A stretch of 63,644 nucleotides of DNA, counting the filler, from Octopus bimaculoides (Eukaryota): assembly GCF_001194135.2 (NCBI RefSeq). It is 5 parts of 4 records of this genome, joined end to end, with 100 filler letters (N's around TTAATTAATTAA, not from the genome) between each part and the next. Parts side by side here need not be neighbours in the genome. Positions count along the whole stretch, not along the records: positions 40,986 to 55,151 come from NC_068984.1; positions 55,252 to 62,368 come from NC_068981.1; positions 62,469 to 63,644 come from NW_026390639.1; 2 more parts are not named here. One strand, given 5' to 3'. Of the stretch, positions 52,846 to 63,644 are shown piece after piece. Numbering within the stretch: the stretch's first letter is position 1; every line of letters starts with the position of its first letter. A model generated the notes under the pieces. It saw only the letters and a program-made list of their open reading frames with translations, ran no database searches and had not been told where the DNA came from. A program made the position numbers and the translations under genes.

Positions 52846-53639
52846 GAATTAATGTATATATAAAACATATAACCACAATCGTTTCAATCTATATGATGTT
52901 GTTATTTTCAAGTATAATACATGATTCCAGCTATTACTTTCGTATATCAATGTTGTGTGATAGCTAAATACTGTAAGTGGATAAACAACTCGATAATCTT
53001 ACCCCTATTGCATACTTTTATTTAAATTAAAAGCTAAAGTAAATGTAACGATATATATGTATTGCGTGCATCTATGTATATGATTTATACAATTTTATAT
53101 ATATATATCTATATAATTATAAGTAATGTTGTGCAATATAAAATATTTATATTAAACCTTTGTCTGCATTGCCTGTGATACACAGGTCTTCCCTGGCATC
53201 CATGTACCAAATATACTTCGCATCCCTAATTTTTTTTTTTTTTTTTTCAACTGTCAGAGTAACTTGGGCTTATGAAAGGAAGGCTTTAAATTACTCAGAA
53301 CGTATGAAACAAGGGCTAACTATTTCTTTGAAAACAACCATAGACCTTAAGACAAACTTATGAACCCATTGGTCAGATAAAAGGGCTAATGGGTATAAGG
53401 CATTTGAAGTTAGAAATAAGAAGTTTGGGAGTGTATATGCGATCAAGAATGCAAGATGCCAGCTCTGCATAACGTTTGAAAAAAAAACTGAAGGAAGGTA
53501 ACTCCATTTTAATTGATAAAGTGCTTAGAAATGATGTATGAAATTTTATAAGAATTCATGTGTCGTAATAGTTTTGTATAACCTATGTTTAATAAACAGT
53601 AACTACAACCATAAAGAAGTGTCAACAGAATTAAATAAT

Positions 53640-53856
53640 TATGATAATAATAATAATAATAACGTTAATAGTAAAAATAATAATAATAATAATAATAATA
53701 ATAACGTTAATAGTAAAAATAATAATAATAATAATAATAATAACGTTAATAGTAAAAATAATAATAATAATAATAATAATAACGNNNNNNNNNNAAAATA
53801 ATAATAATAATAATAATAATAATAACGTTAATAGTAAAAATAATAATAATAATAAA
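53640..53856. repeat. Higher-order repeat [(AAT)n-AACGTTAATAGTAAA], about 5 copies
   Basis: Direct reading; interrupted by a 10-N gap. Confidence 0.75.
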
Positions 53857-53857
53857 A

Positions 53858-53924
<67 letters not shown>

Positions 53925-54192
53925 TATAATATTAAAAATTTTATTATGAGCACATTGATATCAACAATAATACGAATACTGGATACAACAGTGATAAATT
54001 TGAAATTGTCAATACTAACTTTAGCGGCTCTACCTCCTATTCCTATTCACAGATAGACAGCGTGGCAATAATTATAACTAAGCGATAGTAGTACAATTAG
54101 TACCATATATACATGTATGTGTACATATATATATGTAGAGGGAGAGAGAGGGAGATGGAGAGAGAGAGACATACAGACAGACATACATACAA

Positions 54193-54263
<71 letters not shown>

Positions 54264-54373
54264 TGTATATAAGTATATATGCTTGATAATATAAATGAAT
54301 TTGTATATATGTATGCATATATGCGTGTATATATGTATGCATGGATGTATGCATTAGAAATATATATATATAT

Positions 54374-54436
<63 letters not shown>

Positions 54437-55003
54437 CTATATGTATGTATGTATAATATATATATGTGAGCATATATATGTGTGTGTGTAAGTATATACG
54501 TTGTGTGTGCGTATTCATGTAAATATTTATACACGCACAAACGCGCGCGCACACACACACGCATACACACAAGCCACACACACACACATACACACAAGCC
54601 ACACACATTATGTCTATATATAATACATATATATATATATATATATATTCATATATAATATATATAAATATATATACATATATATATAAAAGATATATAT
54701 ATGCATATACATATGTATATGTAAATATATGCATATATATGTATGTATGCATGTATGTGTGTTTGTATATGCATATACATACTTCTGCTCATGTATGCAT
54801 GTGCATTTATGTGTGTATAATATATATTTTTACATGTATCTATGTATACGAATTTATACAATTTTATATACATAAATGTGGCTAGTATTTGCGAATGTAT
54901 ATATCTATATGAGTAAATATAAAAAATATATATATATGTATGCACACATATCTATATACAGATATACATATATATATATATGTGTGTGTGTGTATATATA
55001 TAC

Positions 55004-55081
<78 letters not shown>

Positions 55082-55251
55082 GTACATACATACATGATAT
55101 ATACGTGTGTGTGTGTGTGGATCGGCGATTAAATTTATATCAATTTATATTNNNNNNNNNNNNNNNNNNNNNNNNNNNNNNNNNNNNNNNNNNNNTTAAT
55201 TAATTAANNNNNNNNNNNNNNNNNNNNNNNNNNNNNNNNNNNNNNNNNNNN

Positions 55252-55366
55252 ACAAGGCTTTGGTCAGCCCGAGGCTATAGTAGAAGACACTTACCCAAGG
55301 TGCCACACAGTGGGACTGCACCCAGAACCATGTGGTTGGTAAGCAAGCTACTTACCACACAGCCGT
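55252..55366 (-). mobile_element. SINE family A head, CpG-decayed
   Basis: Reverse-complement match to 13965-14080. Confidence 0.88.
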
Positions 55367-55494
55367 GTTATTTTTTATTTGTTTCTATCTAGAAATCAAA
55401 GGAAATGACCTCTATTCCCTTCAAACTTTTGCTTTTGTGATCTGGACATCAATGTTTTGGAGCTGTCCTATTTTCCATAACATTTCAGACAGAT

Positions 55495-55668
55495 TCAGCA
55501 AATATTCTACTCAATACCACAGATTTGCTTGTCAGTTGCTTGACCTTAACCACTCGAGCATGTCCCTTAATGACTAATAATATGCATAGCTCTAATAAGG
55601 AGCAGGAGTTGTGGGGCAGGGAACATCATAGCCATGTGTTGAGAGGGATTCTTTGGGGTTTGAATAAA
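55495..55668 (+). mobile_element. Family E-related fragment
   Basis: Reverse complement of about 41420-41585. Confidence 0.75.
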
Positions 55669-56038
55669 TGTAAGAAAAGCAAAATTTGATGGAAATATTA
55701 GCTGGGTTTTTTTTCATACTTTCTAGGGGTAAGCAAATAAGAAATAACAGTTGGTACTCATGAACAAAAATCGTGCTGTACGCTGTTCTTAATCCCTAAA
55801 ACTGACGTGACAATTCTAGATTGTTCCTTTGGTCCTCCTGTAGCTAATTATTAGGTTAAAGTGGTGAATTATATAAGACCTATAATCAATACCTCTCAGT
55901 TTAACCAGGTCAGCAGTGTTGGATCAATCAAGAAAACAAGTTGTTTCATGGAGAATATTGATCCCATCCCTAGAACAATTCTTACAATATGTCAGCAGAT
56001 GTTTCTTGCTGGTCCCTGAAGTTGATAAGTCAATCACC

Positions 56039-56069
<31 letters not shown>

Positions 56070-56124
56070 TATCATCATCATCATCATCATCATCATTATC
56101 ATCATCATTATTATCATCATCATC

Positions 56125-56345
56125 AACATTTTAATGTCCACTCTTCCATGCTCGTCATGAATCATACAGAATATTTAGTGGAGGCAGATTCTTTGCGACA
56201 GTCGGATGCCCTTCTTGTTGCCAGTCCACACTTGTTCCCAAATGAGGTCATATATTTTTCCCCCTGACCAGATATGGAAGACTGGAAATGAAGGACACTG
56301 CTTGTATGAGAGTGACACTCATTTACAGCTACCGTGTAATGTCAA
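56125..56345 (-). mobile_element. SINE family F (RTE-type tail), diverged
   Basis: TTCCATGCT and GGATGCCCTTC motifs next to (CAT)n; related to 62469-62708. Confidence 0.6.
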
Positions 56346-56445
56346 GACAAGGAGACACACGCACACACACACACACACACACAACACATATACATACACA
56401 TATACCTACATATACATATGCACACTTTATAATACAGGATTCTTT

Positions 56446-56738
56446 CAGTTTCCATCTACAAAATCCACTCACAAGACTTTGGTTGGCCCAGAGCTATAGT
56501 AGAAGACACTTGCCCAAGGTGCCACACAGAGGGACTGAACCCAAAACCATGTAGTTACAGACACACACACACACAGTGAATACATATATGATTGGCTTCT
56601 TTCAGTTTCCGTCAGCCAAATCCACTCACAAGGCTTTGTTCGGCCCAGGACTGTAGTAGAAAACATTTGCACGAGGTGCCACATAGAGGGACTAAACCTG
56701 AAACCATGTGGTTGGGAAGCAAACTGCCTGCACTACAA
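56446..56738 (-). mobile_element. Two adjacent SINE family A heads, CpG-decayed
   Basis: TTTCAGTTTCC...AAATCCACTCACAAG at 56446 and again at about 56600. Confidence 0.8.
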
Positions 56739-57236
56739 GTGTTTTTATTTTTGTTTGTTTGTTTTTTAGGCCCCTAAAATTAGGCAACAAATTGATACAG
56801 CTATTAGAGTATCCTTTATAGTATTTGCTCCAGCTGTCTGCACTCTGAGTTCAAACTCAGTGAAGGTGAACTTTTGCTGATCCTTTTTGATACCAACTTG
56901 TCTGAGGCTGCCCCTGGTCCTATGGTGCAAACTCCCTGATTTAACCCTCTAGCATTCAGATTATTCTATCAAACGTAATACTTATTTATTCACATTGTTT
57001 TGAATTAATCATGCATTATCTCATAGCTTTGAGATTTTAATGATGTGCTTGTTTATTTTTACAGTGATATAATAGGGTAGGTGAGAGAGGCTGAATCTGG
57101 CCAGTTTGAACATTAAATAGATAGAATATTTTGGCTAGATATGGCTGGTTTAAATGCAAAAAGGTTAACATGTTCTATAAATTGAGACTTTCCACCAAAA
57201 TTTCATGCTAATTTACATTCTTAATAGTCCTTTCTT

Positions 57237-57468
57237 ATTTCTTTATTGCCCACAAGGGGCTAAACATAGAGGAGACAAACAAGGATAGACAAAGGGATTA
57301 AGTCAATTACATTGACCCAAGTGTTTCAATGGTACTTAATTTATCGACCCTGAAAGGATGAAAGGCAAAGTCGACCTCGGCGGAATTTGAACCCAGAACG
57401 TAAAGACAGACGAAATACCGCTAAGCATTTTGTCCGGCGTGCTAACGTTTCTGCCAGCTCACCACCTT
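57237..57468 (-). mobile_element. SINE family C
   Basis: Complete reverse-complement copy including the TTTATTGCCCACAAGGGGCTAAAC tail. Confidence 0.88.
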
Positions 57469-57544
57469 TCTTTTAAATAGTCCTTTCTATTAAAGTCCAT
57501 CTTAATAATCCTTTCTATTATAGACACAAGGCCTGAAGTTTTGT

Positions 57545-57724
57545 GGGAGGGAGATAGTTGGTTGTATAGACCCCAGTTCTCAACTTGTAATCATTTTATC
57601 AATCTTGAAAGGATCAAAGGCACAGTTGGCCTTGGTGGAATTTGAACTCGGAACATAAAGACAGACAGAATGCTCAGTAGAATTTTGTCTGGTGTGCAAA
57701 TGATTCTGCCAGCTTACCACCTTA
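57545..57724 (-). mobile_element. SINE family C, old CpG-decayed copy
   Basis: GAATTTGAACTCGGAAC...TTCTGCCAGCTTACCACCTT. Confidence 0.75.
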
Positions 57725-57738
57725 AACACCAGCTTAGC

Positions 57739-57810
57739 AATGATGACAACATGTATTTCACCAAATGATGACAACATGTATTTCACCAAATGATGACAAC
57801 ATGTATTTCA
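57739..57810. repeat. 25-bp tandem repeat AAATGATGACAACATGTATTTCACC, about 3 copies
   Basis: TGATGAC at 57741, 57766 and 57791. Confidence 0.92.
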
Positions 57811-58033
57811 AAAGAAATATGTAACAAAACGTTTGATTTTATATAGAATTATGGTAAGAAAGAGGTTAATTCCATTTCGGAGGGCAGTAGGGGTGATGTG
57901 CCCTGGGTGGCACTTTTAATGGGGTGCCACTCTTGGGTATGTTGTAGGCAATATGCGTTTTATGTGGGGTCAGGGGGCAGCAAACAGCAGGGTCACCCCG
58001 GGTGGCACACACTCTAGCTATGCTAGTGCATTC

Positions 58034-58245
58034 AAGGCAGAAGCTGGAAGAATCGTTAGCAGACCAAGCAGAATGCTTATCAGTATTTCATCCATCTTTA
58101 TATCCTGAGTTCAAATTCCGGCACGGTCGGTTTTGCCTTTTATCCTTTTGGGGTTCAATAAAATAAGTACCAGTTGAACACCCGCATTAATGTGATTGAC
58201 TTACCCCCTCCCCTGACCTTCCTAAACTTACACCAAAATTTGAAA
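58034..58245 (+). mobile_element. SINE family C, diverged
   Basis: AAGGCAGAAGCTGG...GAGTTCAAATTCC...CCAAAATTTGAAA. Confidence 0.78.
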
Positions 58246-58591
58246 TCAATAAAATACCATTCAAGTACACTGATCAGTTCTTCTCACTCTCTCTTTCTCC
58301 CTTCTCCTTCCCTCCTCTTCCTTGCTTCCTCTCTCTCACTCGCTTTCTTTCTCTCTCTCTCTCTCTGAATTGGTTACATAGTACCACAACAGGGTCCTCT
58401 GATAGACTACACATGGTACTCCTCTCTCCAAAAACTGGAGTTCAATGAGTAAATAAGAAGTTTACAACTTTTCTAAAAGAAGAAAAAACGCAGATGATGT
58501 TACTGGACAAAACAATATGTGATGCAGTGGTGACCAGAAACAAAAGATGAAGACAATAATTAATTAATAGGTCAAGGCAATCGATGATCAA

Positions 58592-58630
<39 letters not shown>

Positions 58631-59214
58631 NNNNNNNNNNNNNNNNNNNNNNNNNNNNNNNNNNNNNNNNNNNNNNNNNNNNNNNNNNNNNNNNNNNNNN
58701 NNNNNNNNNNNNNNNNNNNNNNNNNNNNNNNNNNNNNNNNNNNNNNNNNNNNNNNNNNNNNNNNNNNNNNNNNNNNNNNNNNNNNNNNNNNNNNNNNNNN
58801 NNNNNNNNNNNNNNNNNNNNNNNNNNNNNNNNNNNNNNNNNNNNNNNNNNNNNNNNNNNNNNNNNNNNNNNNNNNNNNNNNNNNNNNNNNNNNNNNNNNN
58901 NNNNNNNATATATATATATATATGATTGTTTTACTGTTACTTGGGTCAGTGTAGTTCCATTTTATGTTACGATAGTTATAGACCAATCAGGTGATATATA
59001 TTGATAGAGAGAGAGAACTGGTGGTGATGAAATTGCTATAATATTGATCCCTAAAGTTCATAAGTCAGTGGGTGTTTCTTATTGATTATTGATCCTTAAA
59101 GGTGACAAAAAGTCAATAAAGGTTTTGTTCATTTTTTTGTTTGTTTGTGTGTTTGTGGGTTTGTGATTTAATTAATAAATGTGGATGGGCTGATATTATA
59201 TATACAAACATATA

Positions 59215-59258
<44 letters not shown>

Positions 59259-59260
<2 letters not shown>

Positions 59261-59875
59261 TCTGATCAATAAGTATTCGGACCGTTGCCATAGTAACGAA
59301 GCTAAAGCATGCAGAGTGAAGTCACTTAGCACAAATTTACCTTGGACTCTGCTGTCCATGCAGACTAAGTGTTAACATTCTAGCTCACTTCTGCTGTTTA
59401 CAGCAGTGCTTGGAAGGAACATGTGTAGCATGTGATCGTCGCATTGACCCTGACAGAGAAAGTTGTCATGGCAATACTTGCTCAGAGGCCTACGCAAAGT
59501 TGTAGAAAGTGTTTGGAGAGGAGTATATGAGATGCATGCAAGGAGTACAGACGTTTCCAAGATGGCCGAAAAAATTTCGATAGTGATGAAGGTTCTGGGA
59601 GACCTGTAACCAGCAAAACTTAGGAAAACATTGCAGGTGTGCATCCAGCTGTAAAGGGAAATCATTGAATATACCATCCATAAGTTATCAGAGGATGTGC
59701 AGATTAGCTATGGTTCATTTCAGTCCATTATTACTGAAGATTTGGTTATGAGACGCATGTTTGCCAAGTTTATGCCAAAACTGCTTTCAGCTGACCAAAA
59801 AGAAACCTGGGTTTCAGTTGCATGAGATCTCCTTGATTGTGTTGAGAATGATGAAAACCTTTTGAAAATTTTGTG
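59259..59875 (+). mobile_element. Mariner transposon 5' relic
   Basis: TIR-like TCTGATCAATAAGTATTCGGAC; translation FQDGRKNFDSDEGSGRPVTSKT, QSIITEDLVMRRMFAKFMPKLLSADQK. Confidence 0.85.
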
Positions 59876-60419
59876 TAGGCAGGCATCGCCAAGCTTTTGG
59901 GTTCCCAATGCTAACCACTCTACAGAGCATACTGGGTGCTTTTTATGTGGCACCATCACCAGTGTTTTTTTAAGTGGCACCAGCACCAGTGCTTTTCATG
60001 TGGAACCAGCACCCACACCAATTCTTTTTATGTGGCACATTGGTTTTAGGATCTCAATTCTGTCCTAAAGAATTTGCCTTTCTCCTGCCATCACTTGTCA
60101 TTATTCTTACATCTGCTTTTCCATGCTGCCATGAGTTGAATAGGTTTTTCAAGACAGTGTTTTACAACCAAATGCCCCTCTTAACACTGTTTTTCAAGTA
60201 AGAGGTCTCTTATTTCACATAGCTTTGAAAGCATGAACCGAACAAAGGATTTATCATTGGGAGAAGTGACAACAAGAACATTGCACTAAGTTTGTGATTT
60301 TTTTAGCATAAGTGGGTGGCAGGTGTAAAATACACATACACACATACATGAACACACACATGCACACACATACACATACATAAATATACATATATGTATG
60401 TATTGTTATATTTTGGAAG

Positions 60420-60754
60420 GGTCATTTTCTCTTTCCTTTTTTTGTTTTTTGTCAGTTAACCACACACAGACTATATACTTCTTCTTCACTTCAGCTTTAT
60501 TGTTATTCTTATTTTAGTGTCCTTTGTCTGAAATCTTTCGTCACACATCCTTCAGTGCCTGATATGTACATGTATATATCGCTAACCACTACATACATTT
60601 TTTTTCTCTCCTTGTTTCTTTCTGTGTTCCTTTCTGTGGAAGAGCGTAGGCTCGAAACATTAAAGACTTTTTCAATAACCGAGCATTATACTAATACATC
60701 TGTTTGTTTTCTACACCACCTGTCTTCGTCTGTTGTTTTTTTGTGAATTCTCCC

Positions 60755-60757
<3 letters not shown>
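60420..60757 (+). mobile_element. Probable Penelope-derived non-coding repeat with a degenerate HHR-like motif
   Basis: T-rich segment, then CTGTGGA-AGAGC-GTAG-GCTC-GAAAC at 60634-60658, ending in (TA)n. The core is not canonical. Confidence 0.35.
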
Positions 60758-60806
<49 letters not shown>

Positions 60807-61230
60807 TGTATGTATGTATGTATGTATGTATGTATGTGTATGTATATGTATATATATGTATGTGTGTGTGCGTGTGTGTGTATGAGTATGTGTGTGTATG
60901 CACACACACACACACATGCACACACACACTCGCACACACACATTTGCGGGCACACACACACACACACAAACTGGTGTGGTAGTCATATGCTGCAACACTG
61001 GGTTCTCAAGATTCAGTTTCAATCCCTAGAAAGAAACCTTTCCACTTCATTTCACTTCACACCTTTATATAATTGCATGAACTTGTACAAAGCCCCACCC
61101 ACCACAGAAAAAAACAAACAAACATTATAAATATTGAAGAATTTTATTCCTCATCTCAAAAGATGACGTTTGGATGTTTCCATTAAGATTCTTAATTCTA
61201 TTGTTGTTTGTGTTTTTTTTTTTTTTGCAG

Positions 61231-61464
61231 GTGAAAATCCTCAACTACCCCGTTTCAAACTACACCTTACCCCATGAAAATGAGAAAGACATTGAGATCG
61301 CCAGATGTGGTGCTCTGGCCCTCTGGAGCATCAGTAAGAGCAAGAAGAACAAAAAATGTATGAGACAAGCTGGAGCAATTCCTCTTCTTGGCAGACTCTT
61401 GAAATCTCATCATGAGAACATGTTGATACCTGTGGTTGGAACATTACAGGAGTGTGCCTCAGAG
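61231..61464 (+). CDS. ARMC4: Internal exon of armadillo repeat-containing protein 4 / outer dynein arm docking complex subunit 2 (ODAD2; fly gudu)
   Basis: [78 protein letters not shown] matches the recalled ARMC4 motif [11 protein letters not shown]...[18 protein letters not shown]. Poly-T GCAG acceptor at 61230, GTAGGT donor at 61465, phase 0-0, 234 bp. Confidence 0.95.
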
Positions 61465-61671
61465 GTAGGTTAGAGGCTGTTGTTGATGTTGTAGTTCTTG
61501 CTACTGTTGTATAATAGAAGCATCCTGTCTAAAATCTAAACTTAAAACCAAAATCTTATGAGTGGATTTGATAGGTGGAGATTGCCATATAATGTATGTG
61601 AGTGCACGTATGTATGTATGCATGTGTGTGTGTGCATGTGTATGTGTATGTGTGTGTGCGTGACTTCTAAT

Positions 61672-61765
61672 TATGGAGGGAACCTGTGGAAGAGGTAGAC
61701 CCAGGAAGATGTGGGACGAGGTGGTAAAGCATGACCTTTGGTTGTTGAGTCTCACAGAGAAAAGA
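61672..61765 (+). mobile_element. RTE-clade LINE C-terminal fragment
   Basis: MEGTCGRGRPRKMWDEVVKHDLWLLSLTEK. Confidence 0.8.
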
Positions 61766-62178
61766 CTATAGTAGAAGACACTTGCCCCTGAAACAAAGTC
61801 AGTGCGTTTCAATACAGTTATGGAAATATGGTAATAATATCGATAAAGTGATCTAAATTAAAACCTTCCAAGAAAATTTTATGTTAATTTATGTTCGAAA
61901 CATCAGCAGCTTAAAAACAACAAAATTATTTTACTAAATTCTTTTATTTTCACAATTAATTCAAATAAAAGCTGTATATTCCAACAGAAATATAATAACG
62001 AAAGGGGTTAATATGTTTTAAAGATGGAAAAACTCCTTCCAAAACAAGAAACTACCATAATTTTGCACTTTACCCCAAATTTCACCAAAACTACTTAACT
62101 ATCATTTCTCATGTGTTGTATCACAAATTTATGCAGATATTTATCTACACTTATCTACATCTCTCTCTCTCTCTATTG

Positions 62179-62253
<75 letters not shown>

Positions 62254-62468
62254 CTGCATGCACCATGCTTCTCTCAGTTGGCAACATCTGAAAACTTCAT
62301 CATGTTTTTGTGACGTAAAAACATAATCATTTCTCTGATAAGATTTGCTTGGTGTAATTTGGTTAATANNNNNNNNNNNNNNNNNNNNNNNNNNNNNNNN
62401 NNNNNNNNNNNNTTAATTAATTAANNNNNNNNNNNNNNNNNNNNNNNNNNNNNNNNNNNNNNNNNNNN

Positions 62469-62708
62469 TGGCACATAAAAGACACCATTTCGAGCGTGGC
62501 CGTTTTCGTGCGGGTGACACGTAAAAGCACCCACTACACTCTCTGAGTGGTTGGCGTTAGGAAGGGCATCCAGCTGTAGAAACTCTGCCAAATCAGACTG
62601 GAGCCTGGTGTTGCCATCCGGTTTCACCAGTCCTCAGTCAAATCGTCCAACCCATGCTAGCATGGAAAGCGGACGTTAAACGATGATGATGATGATGATG
62701 ATGATGAT
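62469..62708 (+). mobile_element. SINE family F with an RTE-type 3' tail and (GAT)n
   Basis: GGAAGGGCATCCAGCTGTAGAAA...CCCATGCTAGCATGGAAAGCGGACGTTAAACGATGATGAT; CpGs intact. Confidence 0.8.
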
Positions 62709-62719
62709 ATATATATATA

Positions 62720-62927
62720 TCTTTTATCTTTTACTTGTTTCAGTCATTAGACTGTGGCCATGCTGAGGCACCGCCTTGAAGAATTTATAGCTGATTGTAT
62801 CGACTTCAGTACTTTTTTTTAAAGTTTGGTACTTATTCTACTGATCTCTTTACCTGAACCACTAAGTTATGGGGACATAAACACACCTACACCTGTTGTT
62901 AAGTAGTGGAGTAGGGGACAAACACAG

Positions 62928-62972
<45 letters not shown>

Positions 62973-63124
62973 GGGTCTCTTTCAGTTTCTGTCTACCAAA
63001 TCCACTCACAAGGCTTTGGTTGGCCAAAGGCTGTAGTAGAAGACACTAACCCAAGGTGCCACACAGTAGAACTGAACTCATAACCATATGGTTGGGAAGC
63101 AAACTTCTTACCACACAGCCATGT
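62720..63124 (-). mobile_element. SINE family A, full length, CpG-decayed
   Basis: Colinear with 5241-5612 and the reverse complement of 13955-14297. Confidence 0.88.
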
Positions 63125-63329
63125 TGGCAAAATAAGTTTAAGACCGAACCAACATTATTTTGCTTAAATTGAAAATTTACAGCACAAATGATCAATGAAC
63201 AAAAAATTATTATTAGTAACTAGTTCTATAGCCATTATTTTCAATTATGGCCTTACATAGTGGGACATGGAGTTTGACAAATGAGCACAAAAATCACTTG
63301 GAATGTTCTTCCATATTTCTTCAATAAAA

Positions 63330-63644
63330 TTATATAATTGGGACAGATTTGTTGGGTTTTTTTTTAACATGAACTCTTTTAAAAATATTATTCCATAAAT
63401 ATTCTACTGGATTCAAATCCACCATATTATTGCTCTCAAAATATTGCAAAACTTTCCTAGCCTTACGAATGGGGCAATTGTCCTTCTGGAAAATAGATCC
63501 CTGTGGCATCTGATTATTTAAATATGGCAGCACATTTTCATTTCCTAACTGCAGATTTTCATTTCCTAACAGCCTACACTGTTCAGTCTCCCATCAACCT
63601 TAACAATTGGACCAACACCCAAATGCAGCCCACACCATTTTCCC
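63330..63644 (-). mobile_element. Tc1-type DD34E transposase relic, running off the window end
   Basis: MVWAAF, GVGPIVKVDGRLNS, IFQKDNCPI, DLNPVEYLW. Confidence 0.82.

Noticed and set aside
52660-52970. About 130-bp direct duplication across a 10-N gap
   Set aside because: Identical copies on either side of a placeholder gap; most likely an assembly artefact.
57875-58027. GC-rich segment with CCC.GGGTGGCAC twice, ending CTAGCTATGCTAGTG, a possible MITE
   Set aside because: No matching 5' TIR or TSD visible and no second copy in the window.
62610-62640. Minus-strand CTGAGGA-CTGGT-GAAAC in family F
   Set aside because: No stem II and no NUH triplet; part of an RTE-type tail.

Overview
AT-rich, microsatellite-saturated eukaryotic scaffold with about 20 N-gaps. 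The SINE families and large introns look like an octopod (Octopus) draft genome; this is an inference, not a database match. Only two host exons are supported, both on +: an SLC6 (SLC6A15/17-like) transporter exon at 35604-35908 and an ARMC4/ODAD2 exon at 61231-61464. No neighbouring exon of either gene was found between them. The rest is intron-like DNA carrying tRNA-derived SINEs (several with 11-14 bp TSDs; family labels A-F are mine), decayed R4/Dong-type RLE LINEs sitting in (AAT)n tracts, CR1 and RTE 3' fragments, and five Tc1/mariner-superfamily transposase relics. The most interesting signal is a set of minimal type I hammerhead ribozyme (HHR) motifs. One is fully intact at 34727-34782 (-), inside a ~318-nt tandem/inverted cassette resembling a retrozyme or Penelope pLTR. 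One has an intact core at 45998-46131 (+) with an 82-nt branched insert in stem II. One lies at 37009-37056 (+), an inverted pair lies at 40496-40794, and a decayed copy lies at 5929-6013. Also noted: a 38-bp-arm foldback at 52434-52558 and an apparent CpG-depletion boundary at the 55.2 kb gap. All alignments and folds were done by eye. Repeat boundaries are approximate unless a TSD is given.
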